Shown here: piece by piece, positions 8,562 through 17,588 of the stretch | Numbering within the stretch: position 1 is the stretch's first letter | Layout: every line of letters starts with the position of its first letter | Source: a virus | Taxonomy: Duplodnaviria; Caudoviricetes | Strand: one strand, 5' to 3' | IMG/VR virus record: IMGVR_UViG_3300012347_000178 | Span: 1 to 46,323 of that record | Length of the DNA stretch: 46,323 nt | Made by a program: the position numbers and the translations under genes | Notes under the pieces: model-generated | Databases searched by the model: none | The model's input: the letters and a program-made list of their open reading frames with translations, nothing else | Told to the model about the DNA's origin: nothing

Positions 8562-8788
8562 TAGATAGAGTTCTCCGCGAAAATCTCCCAGATTTCATCA
8601 GGTGCAACACCAAACTCCAACTCAATCAGTTGAAGCAACAGACCCTTAGTCATGAGAAACACAATCGTTTCTTTGGAATAGGACAGAGCCTTTTCAAAGA
8701 ACAGGTCCACATCCTGAATTTGATGCAGTTCCGTGATTGCTTGTGCCACTTCTTGTGCAACAAGTTCGCCATTGATAACGATATTCAT
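8561..8788 (-). CDS. Hypothetical protein
   Basis: ORF coupled to thyX and the exonuclease. Confidence 0.6.
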   Translation of the reverse strand: MNIVINGELVAQEVAQAITELHQIQDVDLFFEKALSYSKETIVFLMTKGLLLQLIELEFGVAPDEIWEIFAENSI

Positions 8789-9444
8789 TTGTTGTCCATC
8801 ATTCCAAAGATTGTAGGGAAAGCAGGCGCAAGTGCCGACTTAATTTCTCGTGCCAACAGGACATGCTCCCATTGGGTAACACCGGGATCGTCACGAACCT
8901 CAAGGTAATGAAGCCACGACCGAAGCGTACCATTAACGTACAAGCGGCTCATGGTCAACCCTTCGGGAAGGATAACCCTTGCACACTCTTTTGCTACATC
9001 ATGACCACGCATCCAATAATAGGTGTCTTTGATGTAGTCAGTCATTTCTGACACTTCGTGGGAAAGACAGTCTCCAAAGTCCTCGTCAAGATCATCAATG
9101 CTATTCTGACGATTTTTAGCGTCTTGCCTACGAAAATCACGATTCGTAAACTCGATTTCATCAGAGTAACGTTGACTAAACTCTTGGAAAGAGAAGCTAC
9201 GATGGCGCAGAAGTTGTCGCGTAATGTCCCTTGGTGCCTCAACCTCGACAACAGCATTAGCCATTTCAAAGACTGACCAGTGTTTGTTCCTGATACAGTA
9301 TTTAAGCAGACCTTCGTAGTCGGGGTTTTCCTGATTAGCAGGGTTGGAAACCCTAGCGCAATATGCAACTAGGGCCTCCGAGTTTGCTACAGGAACGGCA
9401 AGAGTTGGTTGCGTAAGTGCTACCAGCTTTGCAGTTACTTTCAA
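8785..9444 (-). CDS. thyX: FAD-dependent thymidylate synthase
   Basis: RHRSFSFQEFSQRY signature; HWSVFE; AKECARVILP. Confidence 0.95.
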   Translation of the reverse strand: MKVTAKLVALTQPTLAVPVANSEALVAYCARVSNPANQENPDYEGLLKYCIRNKHWSVFEMANAVVEVEAPRDITRQLLRHRSFSFQEFSQRYSDEIEFTNRDFRRQDAKNRQNSIDDLDEDFGDCLSHEVSEMTDYIKDTYYWMRGHDVAKECARVILPEGLTMSRLYVNGTLRSWLHYLEVRDDPGVTQWEHVLLAREIKSALAPAFPTIFGMMDNK

Positions 9445-9455
9445 GTCATATTCCC

Positions 9456-9644
9456 TTACAGAGTTGCGATTTCATCGCCATCGTCTTTGACGAAAACGAC
9501 TTGTTTCACATAGGAGTAACCAGCAGCGTGAAGGAAAGTGTAGACGATTTCAGCAACATCGCCAAGATAATCTACTTCTTTCTGTTCGACAGTGACAACC
9601 TTGCCAGTGTAGCCACAAGTAGCTTGCAGTGAAAATTCCATCAT
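9456..9644 (-). CDS. Hypothetical protein
   Basis: ORF tiles the operon. Confidence 0.65.
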   Translation of the reverse strand: MMEFSLQATCGYTGKVVTVEQKEVDYLGDVAEIVYTFLHAAGYSYVKQVVFVKDDGDEIATL

Positions 9645-10144
9645 GCGTCTTCTCCTTCTTCTTCATCTTCACGAACATACGGCACATGCTCAAGGATTTT
9701 CACCTTGGTCAGCGAAGTGCGGCTCACCATCTTGCCATCTTGGCCGGGGAACGTAGTAATCAGATTGGTGACTTCGGCAATCGTGCCATTACCAATCAGA
9801 CCATCCGTTTCCACATCCCACTTCTTGCCATTGGGGCCAACCACTTTGGGCGCACCACCAGCTTGCGGGATTTCAGTACCATCTTTGGCTCGGACCAAGT
9901 GACGACGTTCAAACTTGATGGCAATCTCACCATCCATCAAACGTTTCTGGACGGGCTTCTTTTGAGTGCCAGCCTTTTTCAGCTTCTCAAACTCGTCCTT
10001 GCTAAGAACCTGAGTGACGATGTAGGCACCTTCACTTTCTTCATAGATGCCTTCGTAACCAGTCAGGTCACGGTTGCTCTCGAAGATTTTGGCCCATTCA
10101 ATCGGACCCTTGGTAGTGACTTCTTTGTAGGTTGCTTTAGCCAT
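9641..10144 (-). CDS. Single-stranded DNA-binding protein (T7 gp2.5-like)
   Basis: WAK, GGAPKV, LIGNGT motifs; acidic tail EDEEEGEDA; next to the polymerase. Confidence 0.75.
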   Translation of the reverse strand: MAKATYKEVTTKGPIEWAKIFESNRDLTGYEGIYEESEGAYIVTQVLSKDEFEKLKKAGTQKKPVQKRLMDGEIAIKFERRHLVRAKDGTEIPQAGGAPKVVGPNGKKWDVETDGLIGNGTIAEVTNLITTFPGQDGKMVSRTSLTKVKILEHVPYVREDEEEGEDA

Positions 10145-10170
10145 GATTTCCTCGTTTTGTCGGGAGAGTG

Positions 10171-10199
10171 TAGTTAGTTGTATTGTTGGTTTTTGTCAA
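10171..10199 (-). promoter_or_regulatory. Class-2 promoter upstream of ssb (TTGACA-aaaaccaacaatacaac-TAACTA)
   Basis: 17-bp spacer nearly identical to the copies at 22400 and 23226. Confidence 0.75.
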
Positions 10200-10267
10200 T
10201 GGGTATGGCGAAAGAAATGCCAATAAAACTCGTAATATTCTTCGATTGTCATATCCATGATTTTTCC

Positions 10268-12145
10268 TCAGTGGGTTTCTGCGTAGTTGGCACCAACCTT
10301 AACGTCAACATCAAGAAGGATGTTCAGTTTCAGTAGGTCATTGGTCTTTGCGATAGCACCTTTCACAATGCTCTCTGCATACTCAGAGGTGGTCTTTGGT
10401 ACATAGAAACCAACTTCGTCGTGAAACTGCATGGCGACCTTGACTTTTGCCTGACGACAGAAGTACAGCCAAGTGTCAAAGCAGTAAACACCAGTCGATT
10501 GGTTAGCAGTAGAGAACCTATCCTTCTCAGAACGAAGGTTGTACCAAAACTTAGACACGGGGTTGAACAACCACATATGATTGCCAACAATCTTAACCTT
10601 GAACGCCTCTGTAGCCTTGGTAACAGAGTGGTTGCGTTCCCAATAAGCCTTGATGATCTTGGCTGCTTCTGGCACAGATACACCAATCTCTCTTGCGAGT
10701 TTTGTTGCACCAACCCCATACACACACGAATAGTTAGCAGCCTTGTACTTAGATCGAATAGACTTGAGGTTGATTTCCCCTCTTGCGTGGGCATCAGCTT
10801 CTTCTTGTGTAATCGCACCAGCAAACACAGCAAGGTTCAGGTGGGGGTCAAACCCCGGCTTGCTCATTTCCTCTACATACTTAGGATCGTATGGCTTCAT
10901 GTAGTGACGCTTGGTAGTATCTTCCAAGGACACCATGTCAGAACCACACAGATCATAACCATCTGGTGCAATCAGGCAACCCCTAATCTCTGCACCATAA
11001 GCCTTTTCCACTTTGGGGATGTTGGCTAGTGGTTTAGCGTGTTTGAAGCGCAGGGTGTTGGTAAACCCAGCGATAGAGGCTTTCAGCCAGCCATCCTTGT
11101 GACTATCCAACAGAGCCTTAAAGAAACCCTTCCTGTGACGGATCACAGTAAGACCCTCTAGAATTTCCACTCCGGGGGCTTTTTCCTTTAGACGCAGAAC
11201 ACTTTCGCAGAGTTGACCAGCTTCGGGGTGGTTAGATGGATACCTGATTTGTGGGATGCGTTTCTCTACACCTGTCTTCTTGTTCCTCTCATATTTCCAT
11301 GTCTGGGGTTCCCAACCAAGTTTGGTCAGCCAAGTCTTAACCTGAATGTCGCTGTTGGGGTTAGCATCTTCCCAATCAACAACAAGGTCAAACTCGTCTT
11401 TGTCGTAGTCAGATGGCAACTCTGCTTGGTACAGAGCATTGATCCAACTTTGCCAAGCAACAGTAGGCGAACCATCCTTCTTGACTTTCTGTGCAGGACG
11501 CTTGAACGTTTTATACACAGGTTGCTTAGGCATAGCCAACACAAGTTCCTGAAACTTCTCTGCCTGCTTCTGTTCCAGTTCGTCGTAGTTGCGCTGCGCC
11601 CGTTCCACATCAAGACGGACACCAACTTCCTCTGCTTCCCTTGCACAGTCCATCTTGAAACTAAGGTATTGGATCAGGTCCATAGCTTCATCAAGAGAGC
11701 CATACAGCTTGATTAGCTTACCTTCCAGTTCCTTCCAGAGACGCCAGTTGATCTTAACGTCTTCAACGCAACGGTGTGCATATTCTTCGTAGGTCAAACC
11801 AATCCAGTTATCGACCTTCGGTTTAGGAACACCATAGTCAACACCATAGCTTTCCAGACCATGTGCAGATCGGTCAAAGTTGACATACCAAGACAAGGCA
11901 AGACTGTCGATAAACTTAGGGTACTCTAGCTTGATACCAAGCAGTTTGTTAAAGACGGGAAGGTCATACCGAATAGCGTTGTGACACACGATCAAGGTCT
12001 TGGGGTCAAGCAAGATTTCTTTAATCTTGTCGTAGTCATTGGTATGGTGAAAGTTCTCCCCGTCTTCGGTCCATGCAACAACATGGAGTTTGGTTACATC
12101 CTCTAGCCAACCGTCAGTTTCGCTATCCAGTACGACAATCTTCAT
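10268..12145 (-). CDS. polA: Family A DNA polymerase with 3'-5' exonuclease (T7-like)
   Basis: LDSETD, HNAIRYD exonuclease motifs; GSDMVSLE (A), KYKAANYSCVYG (B), FHDEV (C); start moved to MKIVVLD at the ATGA overlap. Confidence 0.95.
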   Translation of the reverse strand: MKIVVLDSETDGWLEDVTKLHVVAWTEDGENFHHTNDYDKIKEILLDPKTLIVCHNAIRYDLPVFNKLLGIKLEYPKFIDSLALSWYVNFDRSAHGLESYGVDYGVPKPKVDNWIGLTYEEYAHRCVEDVKINWRLWKELEGKLIKLYGSLDEAMDLIQYLSFKMDCAREAEEVGVRLDVERAQRNYDELEQKQAEKFQELVLAMPKQPVYKTFKRPAQKVKKDGSPTVAWQSWINALYQAELPSDYDKDEFDLVVDWEDANPNSDIQVKTWLTKLGWEPQTWKYERNKKTGVEKRIPQIRYPSNHPEAGQLCESVLRLKEKAPGVEILEGLTVIRHRKGFFKALLDSHKDGWLKASIAGFTNTLRFKHAKPLANIPKVEKAYGAEIRGCLIAPDGYDLCGSDMVSLEDTTKRHYMKPYDPKYVEEMSKPGFDPHLNLAVFAGAITQEEADAHARGEINLKSIRSKYKAANYSCVYGVGATKLAREIGVSVPEAAKIIKAYWERNHSVTKATEAFKVKIVGNHMWLFNPVSKFWYNLRSEKDRFSTANQSTGVYCFDTWLYFCRQAKVKVAMQFHDEVGFYVPKTTSEYAESIVKGAIAKTNDLLKLNILLDVDVKVGANYAETH

Positions 12146-12318
12146 TTTCTCTCCATCATACTTTGCTGCCCACGGGTGTAGCCTGATGCAAATGCCCATT
12201 CAAGGTCTGCAAAGTTTGCCTTGGTCTTTTTAGCAAAGATACGACGGGTTTCTGCATAGACCCCTTCACACATAGGTTCATCCAACCAATCTTGGAAGGC
12301 TTCATCTAGAGTTTTCAT
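12142..12318 (-). CDS. Hypothetical protein
   Basis: Coupled between helicase and polymerase. Confidence 0.6.
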   Translation of the reverse strand: MKTLDEAFQDWLDEPMCEGVYAETRRIFAKKTKANFADLEWAFASGYTRGQQSMMERK

Positions 12319-13922
12319 TACCAACCTGATCCTTTCTCACTAAGGGTGAACGTCTCGCCATCAAACAGCAATTCACCCGCATTTCCCTCTAGCCCACATG
12401 GGCGGTTCTTTTTGACAACAAGCCGTGTCGTGTTGCGTTCGAGCATGTCAGTAGCTTCCTTGTCACGTTCAAGGTCGATAATGACAGAGGCACGTTGACC
12501 AATCATCCGGCAGTATTTGAAGTCACCATTGTCGTTAGTGTGACCAATGGTAACGATACCCACGTTCAGATCAGCGGCAAGTTTGGACAAACGTACAGAC
12601 AAATCAGCAAGTAGAGCCTCTTTGCTTTCGTCACTAGCAACTGTAACAACATCTTGGATTGGTTCAAAGAACACATATTTGCACCCATACACTTGCGTCA
12701 GGACACGGATTTGTTCGATCAATTCGTCAGCACCATCTTCTTCTCGAAGGTGAAACTGCATGTACCCCGTGTTCTGAGTGATGTGTTTAATCGCCATTTC
12801 AACATCTTGCAAGCGATTCTTTTCAGTAATCAGGTCTTTGCGAGTAAGATTGTCTCCAAGGTAATAGGATACCACACCAAGCAAAGAGCGAAGTTTGGTT
12901 TCCTCAAGGTGCCATGTAGCAAAGCGAACATCAGGATAGTTCTTGACGAAGTTGTATTCCAGATACCGCATAAACTCAGACTTACCAATGCCTGTAGGGG
13001 CCTTGATAACCGTGAAGTGACCTTGCATCAGGCCAAGGATTTTCTCGTCCAGACCGTAGATATTGGTCGGGATGTACGAATGATCTGGCGTATCGTGAAG
13101 AAGGCTAAGGAAGTCTTCTTCTGTTGCATAAATGTTATCGGGTGTGTAGACACCAGAAGACCACCACGCACTACGGTACTTGTCGCCAGCATCCGCCATG
13201 AGAAATTCATTAGCGTCTTTGTACATATCGTGTGGCACCTTATACACACGACCGGGGAACAGGTTCATCAAGTTTAGGGCAAAGCGTTCAGCCTTGTCGT
13301 CGGCATCCAGAGACAGGTAAATCTTCTCGAATGACCCAAGCCAATCCTTGCAGTTTTCAAGCAGCTTCTTGTTAGGCGTAGCCGAAGGCAGAGACACCAC
13401 AGGATACTTGCTGCCAAGCATCTGATAGGCAGACATGGCATCCAGTTCGCCCTCTGTGATCGTAACAGCCTTGGCAGAGCCAGCAGGAAACTTGTCCATA
13501 CCCCACAGTCGGTCACTGCGGAAGCCACTTGCTGTAGCAAATTCCTTGGGAAAGAACCTTGTCTTGGTCGATCCATCAGGGTAGGTATAGACATGCTTGA
13601 TCGGAAGATCGTCAACAACAAACGACTTCACACCGTAGGCAGTCATGGTAGAGGAAGTCACTTTCCTGTGACCACGGAAGTCCCAGACCCCTTTAGGTTC
13701 TTCTTTCTCAATCAGGCTATCGTCGTCCTTCACTTCAACCTCTCTTTCCAATGAGTATTTTTCTGCCACCCAATCAAACAGGCCCTTCATTTTCCTCTTG
13801 GGGTATGCAGAGCCACATGAATGGCAATACCCGATCTTCTTAACAGTGTTAAAGCAGAAGGCGTCTGATGAACCACATGCAATGTATGGACAGGGTAGAT
13901 GCTTTTGTTCGTTATCTTCCAT
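12318..13922 (-). CDS. T7 gp4-like primase-helicase
   Basis: Zn finger CP..CGSSDA..CHSC; TOPRIM ITEGELDA, DADD; APTGIGKS Walker A; KNRP. Confidence 0.95.
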   Translation of the reverse strand: MEDNEQKHLPCPYIACGSSDAFCFNTVKKIGYCHSCGSAYPKRKMKGLFDWVAEKYSLEREVEVKDDDSLIEKEEPKGVWDFRGHRKVTSSTMTAYGVKSFVVDDLPIKHVYTYPDGSTKTRFFPKEFATASGFRSDRLWGMDKFPAGSAKAVTITEGELDAMSAYQMLGSKYPVVSLPSATPNKKLLENCKDWLGSFEKIYLSLDADDKAERFALNLMNLFPGRVYKVPHDMYKDANEFLMADAGDKYRSAWWSSGVYTPDNIYATEEDFLSLLHDTPDHSYIPTNIYGLDEKILGLMQGHFTVIKAPTGIGKSEFMRYLEYNFVKNYPDVRFATWHLEETKLRSLLGVVSYYLGDNLTRKDLITEKNRLQDVEMAIKHITQNTGYMQFHLREEDGADELIEQIRVLTQVYGCKYVFFEPIQDVVTVASDESKEALLADLSVRLSKLAADLNVGIVTIGHTNDNGDFKYCRMIGQRASVIIDLERDKEATDMLERNTTRLVVKKNRPCGLEGNAGELLFDGETFTLSEKGSGW

Positions 13923-14095
13923 TAGGTTTCACTTTTGTTGTCAGATGCCATCATATAGGCATAGTCGATGTGAGTTTCAACCCTGTCCAGAGCATCTTGG
14001 ATGTTTGGAGTGCCTTCCTGTCTAATCAGATTGGCAAGTTCTCTCCATTCACGGATCATCTTGCTTACCTTTCGGTTTCCATACCGTTCAGACAT
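13922..14095 (-). CDS. Hypothetical protein
   Basis: ORF coupled to the primase start. Confidence 0.6.
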   Translation of the reverse strand: MSERYGNRKVSKMIREWRELANLIRQEGTPNIQDALDRVETHIDYAYMMASDNKSET

Positions 14096-14122
14096 AAGAC
14101 ACTCCAATTTCCACGGAAGGGG

Positions 14123-14545
14123 TTATTCTTTGTAGAAGATGTTCTTTGAACCATCCGAGTAGTACGCAATCACAGAAGGTTTACCTTCCTTTGCGAAGGT
14201 ATCACTATCTGCAAGTGCAGAGAAGTAGTCAAAGGGACGGTCATAGACTTTCGAGCCTTTACGCCACTCGTAGATGAAAAAGCTATCAACAGGTTCATCG
14301 ACAGGATACCAGCGATCACCGCAGCAATCACAATCCATACCATCACGGCAACCATCGAAGTAGATGCCAACACCCTCTGCAATCTGGTTTGCTTCTTTTG
14401 CACTGTAGGCTTCGATAAAGACGTATTGTGCAACGTCTTCATCACTGTGAAAAGAGCCACCGCTGTTGTTCTGGTCAAACTTGTACCAACCAAGTTTTCG
14501 TTCAGAGATTTCTTCTTTGGGTCCAACAGAAACGTGTTTTGCCAT
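14123..14545 (-). CDS. Conserved phage protein (QNNSGG / DCDCCGDRW family)
   Basis: YKFDQNNSGGSF..IEA..EAN..GIYFDG..DCDCCGDRW motif. Confidence 0.75.
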   Translation of the reverse strand: MAKHVSVGPKEEISERKLGWYKFDQNNSGGSFHSDEDVAQYVFIEAYSAKEANQIAEGVGIYFDGCRDGMDCDCCGDRWYPVDEPVDSFFIYEWRKGSKVYDRPFDYFSALADSDTFAKEGKPSVIAYYSDGSKNIFYKE

Positions 14546-14546
14546 C

Positions 14547-14966
14547 TTAGTATGCCACCTCACTAAAGTCCAAGATCGTTTCCCACTGTGGGGCTCCAGT
14601 CTCAATCACATTACGCACAGCTTGCGCTGCTTGTTTCGGGGTGATATCTTCCCAATCACCTCCGTAGGGCAGACCATCACTGTCTTCAACATAGAACAGC
14701 TTGTGGGCTTGTTCCTGATCCATTTCAAGGGCAGTAGCAGCAACCACTTCAATGTCATGGTTCCACTGCCAGAAGTGTTCACCCTTCTTGATAACAGCCT
14801 CATAGGCTTTGGTCTGTTGGAACACATACCCTGCGATGCAGCAGGAAGTGCCACACCAGTTTTCCTTGTCCTCCACATCGTCAATGAGGACGTTCATGTC
14901 GAATTTACGTTCAGGAGCGCCAGCGAGAAGCCACTGTTCGACCTGTTCAAGCATCTTGATATTCAT
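14547..14966 (-). CDS. Hypothetical phage protein (CGTSCCIAG motif)
   Basis: ORF directly downstream of the promoter at 14999-15027. Confidence 0.75.
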   Translation of the reverse strand: MNIKMLEQVEQWLLAGAPERKFDMNVLIDDVEDKENWCGTSCCIAGYVFQQTKAYEAVIKKGEHFWQWNHDIEVVAATALEMDQEQAHKLFYVEDSDGLPYGGDWEDITPKQAAQAVRNVIETGAPQWETILDFSEVAY

Positions 14967-14998
14967 AGTTGATTCTCACTTTCGTTTCTGAGACATTC

Positions 14999-15027
14999 TA
15001 GATACAGTGTGTAGCAGGAAGTGTCAA
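14999..15027 (-). promoter_or_regulatory. Sigma70-type promoter TTGACA-N17-TATCTA
   Basis: Perfect -35 and 17-bp spacer, intergenic, upstream of the replication operon. Confidence 0.7.
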
Positions 15028-15040
15028 GAAGAACGTGATG

Positions 15041-15155
15041 AAAAATATTTCTCAGCACACCCCTTGACAACAACCAACTACACACCCACTTACTACAAGA
15101 ACCTTCCGCCACGGTTCCCTATATACATATCCCCATACAAGGAACCATAGACTAC
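15041..15155 (+). repeat. Degenerate copy of the 22379-22468 element
   Basis: Shared blocks AAAAATATTT, CCCTTGACAA.AACCAAC, ACTTACTA, TCCGCCAC, TTCCCTATATACATATC and AACCATAGACTACT. Confidence 0.8.
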
Positions 15156-15231
15156 TCAATAGTAATAGTCTTCTAAGATGTAGAAGTAATCATCTACATT
15201 GAAGGTATCATACCAGTCTACACCAAGGTAC

Positions 15232-15366
15232 TCACTGATCTTCATCATCTTCCTCTGAATAGTCATCTGTGTAGCCAAGATAGATTTCACAGAAGGTACG
15301 AGTGCAGCCAGTTGGATCGACCCACTCACCACACCCATAACAGTATACCTTGTCGTCAGGCAGCAT
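15232..15366 (-). CDS. Small Cys-rich (Zn-ribbon-like) protein, 44 aa
   Basis: Read manually: MLPDDKVYCYGCGEWVDPTGCTRTFC plus acidic tail. Confidence 0.5.
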   Translation of the reverse strand: MLPDDKVYCYGCGEWVDPTGCTRTFCEIYLGYTDDYSEEDDEDQ

Positions 15367-15784
15367 TTTCAAGATCACCTTCCATGTAGCTATTCTTATT
15401 GTCGTTGTCCCAAGTCACACGAAAACGGAAGCCACAATCATATGCGCCTTCATATTCTTCCACAATCTCATGCACAGTACCATCAACAAAGATTGGGTTG
15501 TCACGCTCAGAAAGACGCGACCACTGACGAACACCTTGCATGGTCAAACGGACACGATCACCAACCTTGAAACTTTCTTCTTCGACCAACTCAAACTCGC
15601 TAAAGCCAAAGAACAGGCTGTCGCCAGAGTGTTCATCAGGATCACAATCAGGGTAGGTTGCCAGTTGTGCGCCATGCTCCAAGATTTCGGTGATGTAGGC
15701 CAGAGTACCCGGCACAGTGATTACCATAGTGGGGGTTTGATAGTACTTGTTAGCCTTGACCGTAACTTTATCGCCAACTTTCAT
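15356..15784 (-). CDS. Tandem SH3-like barrel protein
   Basis: Two units starting MKVGDKV and FKVGDRV; GGAG SD. Confidence 0.7.
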   Translation of the reverse strand: MKVGDKVTVKANKYYQTPTMVITVPGTLAYITEILEHGAQLATYPDCDPDEHSGDSLFFGFSEFELVEEESFKVGDRVRLTMQGVRQWSRLSERDNPIFVDGTVHEIVEEYEGAYDCGFRFRVTWDNDNKNSYMEGDLENAA

Positions 15785-15835
15785 TTCAGTCTCTCCGTTG
15801 TGTGTAACGCAGTGAGCGTCATTGTCTGTTCAGAT

Positions 15836-15864
15836 TTTATACAGTGATTCGTTATCGTTGTCAA
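15836..15864 (-). promoter_or_regulatory. Class-1 early promoter TTGACA-acgataACGAATCACtg-TATAAA
   Basis: 17-bp spacer containing TGATTCG (GANTC). Confidence 0.8.
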
Positions 15865-15866
15865 AC

Positions 15867-16061
15867 TTAAAATAGTGGGTAGAAGAAGCTACCCGTTTCG
15901 ATTTGATACTCTCTGACAGTTTGTAGTTCTACGAGTATGGCATCACATTTCTCCACTTCGCCATCCCATTCATAGTTAGAGGACATTTGTTCTAACTGCT
16001 TGATGTAGCTATCAATAGGGACAAGTAGTTGTTGCCCTCTGGTCAAACCGATTGGCGTCAT
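15867..16061 (-). CDS. Hypothetical protein
   Basis: ATGA-coupled ORF (MTPIGL...). Confidence 0.65.
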   Translation of the reverse strand: MTPIGLTRGQQLLVPIDSYIKQLEQMSSNYEWDGEVEKCDAILVELQTVREYQIETGSFFYPLF

Positions 16062-16234
16062 TCCCACTCTACACTTTCAAGTTCATAGGGTGGTGCATAG
16101 TGGTTGCTTTTATCAGAGAACCAAGCTACCATGTATCCGTAGTCAAGAGCCTCAATCACAACGCCTACATCATCCATACGCGCTGCGTTGATATGGTTGT
16201 TGTTACCTTTGACGAATTGTCCAATGTAGAACAT
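16058..16234 (-). CDS. Small SH3-like hypothetical protein, 58 aa
   Basis: Read manually (MFYIGQFVKG..DVGVVIEA..YMVAWF); overlaps both neighbours. Confidence 0.6.
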   Translation of the reverse strand: MFYIGQFVKGNNNHINAARMDDVGVVIEALDYGYMVAWFSDKSNHYAPPYELESVEWE

Positions 16235-16590
16235 CACTTGATCCTTTTCAGATAGTTGATTTCAGCAGTTGCACGGTCAGACTTGGTATCAACACCCGTA
16301 ATACGGGCCAACTGATAACCACCAGAGCCATAAGGTGGCATAATCAGGAATTGGTCAACTTCCCAAGCATCGTCCGAGTTAGCAAGATAGTGATACTGAG
16401 TACCATTTTCAGTGTATTTGACACCGATGGTGAAAGGTACTACCTTATTCACATTAGCTTTGTCAACAGCAACGACAGCACCAGTACCTTTGATTTCCAT
16501 CACCCACTCGCCTTTGGAATTGACAGCGAGTTTGTGACCAAAGACAGTATCGACACCTTGTTTGATTTCATACAGGGTCTTGTCAGCCAT
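16234..16590 (-). CDS. Hypothetical phage protein
   Basis: AGGA SD; 118-aa ORF. Confidence 0.75.
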   Translation of the reverse strand: MADKTLYEIKQGVDTVFGHKLAVNSKGEWVMEIKGTGAVVAVDKANVNKVVPFTIGVKYTENGTQYHYLANSDDAWEVDQFLIMPPYGSGGYQLARITGVDTKSDRATAEINYLKRIK

Positions 16591-16627
16591 AGTTTTTCCT
16601 TTGCTTTCAAAAAGATACGGTGGGGGT

Positions 16628-16900
16628 TTAACGGATGTCTACTACACGGTCAACATAAAACGACACCCAAGCCTTCTTCTGCAAGTCATAAAAGGGGATT
16701 TGACCACGCTCTTTCATCTGCTCAGACTGACGGAAACCCTGTTCAGAACCAATGATGTGAGAGGAAGGACGGAACAGACCGTTAGCAACACGAACAGAAC
16801 CATCAACTTTCTTAAAGGTAACAGTGCAGATGCGGGTTCCTTTAGCAGCAATAGTGTCTTTGACTTTTACTACATCCAGAGTATCGATAACGTCAGTCAT
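16628..16900 (-). CDS. WYL-like/DUF2693-type SH3 barrel protein
   Basis: VTFKKVDGSVRVANG..FYDLQKKAWVSF; AGGAG SD before MTDVID. Confidence 0.7.
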   Translation of the reverse strand: MTDVIDTLDVVKVKDTIAAKGTRICTVTFKKVDGSVRVANGLFRPSSHIIGSEQGFRQSEQMKERGQIPFYDLQKKAWVSFYVDRVVDIR

Positions 16901-16927
16901 GTCCGTCTCCTGCGTTTCCATGCTTAG

Positions 16928-16956
16928 TTTCTACAGTGTTCAGAGTGATTCGTCAA
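16928..16956 (-). promoter_or_regulatory. Class-1 early promoter TTGACG-aatcactctgaacactg-TAGAAA
   Basis: 17-bp spacer; ACGAATCAC overlaps the -35. Confidence 0.7.
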
Positions 16957-17156
16957 ACAAATTCTGCAACAATATCATGTTCAGGGTAGTTGTTTTCTGG
17001 ATTAGTAAAGAAGTCAGCTTTACCATCTTCTGTCCACATAGGAAGAAAACGATCAACATAGTCAGAACTTCCAAAAATCCCATCTTCCATATCATACAAC
17101 GGCCCAACAATCTGACCAGACTTGAGGACGTAGTGTTTACCAACTTCAAGTTTCAT
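16953..17156 (-). CDS. Hypothetical protein (MKLEVGKHYV...)
   Basis: GGAG SD; LEVGK.Y...G..VGP pattern. Confidence 0.7.
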   Translation of the reverse strand: MKLEVGKHYVLKSGQIVGPLYDMEDGIFGSSDYVDRFLPMWTEDGKADFFTNPENNYPEHDIVAEFV

Positions 17157-17157
17157 T

Positions 17158-17388
17158 TCACTTGCTCCCTTTGATTTCGATAAAGCCACTGACCAGATTG
17201 CTACACCAATCCTCGTAACCGTCTGATCCTGTAAAGCACACAATGCCATCAGCGTTCTTGTATGCCTTGTAGGTCTGTCCTTCTTTGTATCCCGGCGACT
17301 TAGACAAGACGCAACGATACTCTTTGCCAGCTTCCCACTTACGCACCTGTGCAGGGGTCTTAGGTACTTCCTTGCTTACTGTAGTCAT
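17158..17388 (-). CDS. Hypothetical protein
   Basis: Coupled ORF with SD. Confidence 0.7.
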   Translation of the reverse strand: MTTVSKEVPKTPAQVRKWEAGKEYRCVLSKSPGYKEGQTYKAYKNADGIVCFTGSDGYEDWCSNLVSGFIEIKGSK

Positions 17389-17588
17389 GCTTTCTCCTGC
17401 TTGTCGTAGATCATCTTAGCTTCTGCGAAACCTCTAACCCAACTTATTGCAATCTCCCTTGAGGTAAAGGACTGCTTGATACTATACTCTTTGTTGATAA
17501 GAGCAAAGTTATCCCTGTCCTTAACTTCAACCTCAAAACCATTTCTTTCAAAATACCGCATGGCCGAGATAGCGTCTGCAAAAGTCAT
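17385..17588 (-). CDS. Hypothetical protein
   Basis: ATGA-coupled ORF. Confidence 0.65.
   Translation of the reverse strand: MTFADAISAMRYFERNGFEVEVKDRDNFALINKEYSIKQSFTSREIAISWVRGFAEAKMIYDKQEKA

Noticed and set aside
11162-11178. 17-bp exact match (AATTTCCACTCCGGGGG) between polA and the repeat at 19933-19949
   Set aside because: One such match in a 46-kb genome is not very unlikely by chance, and it lies in ordinary coding sequence
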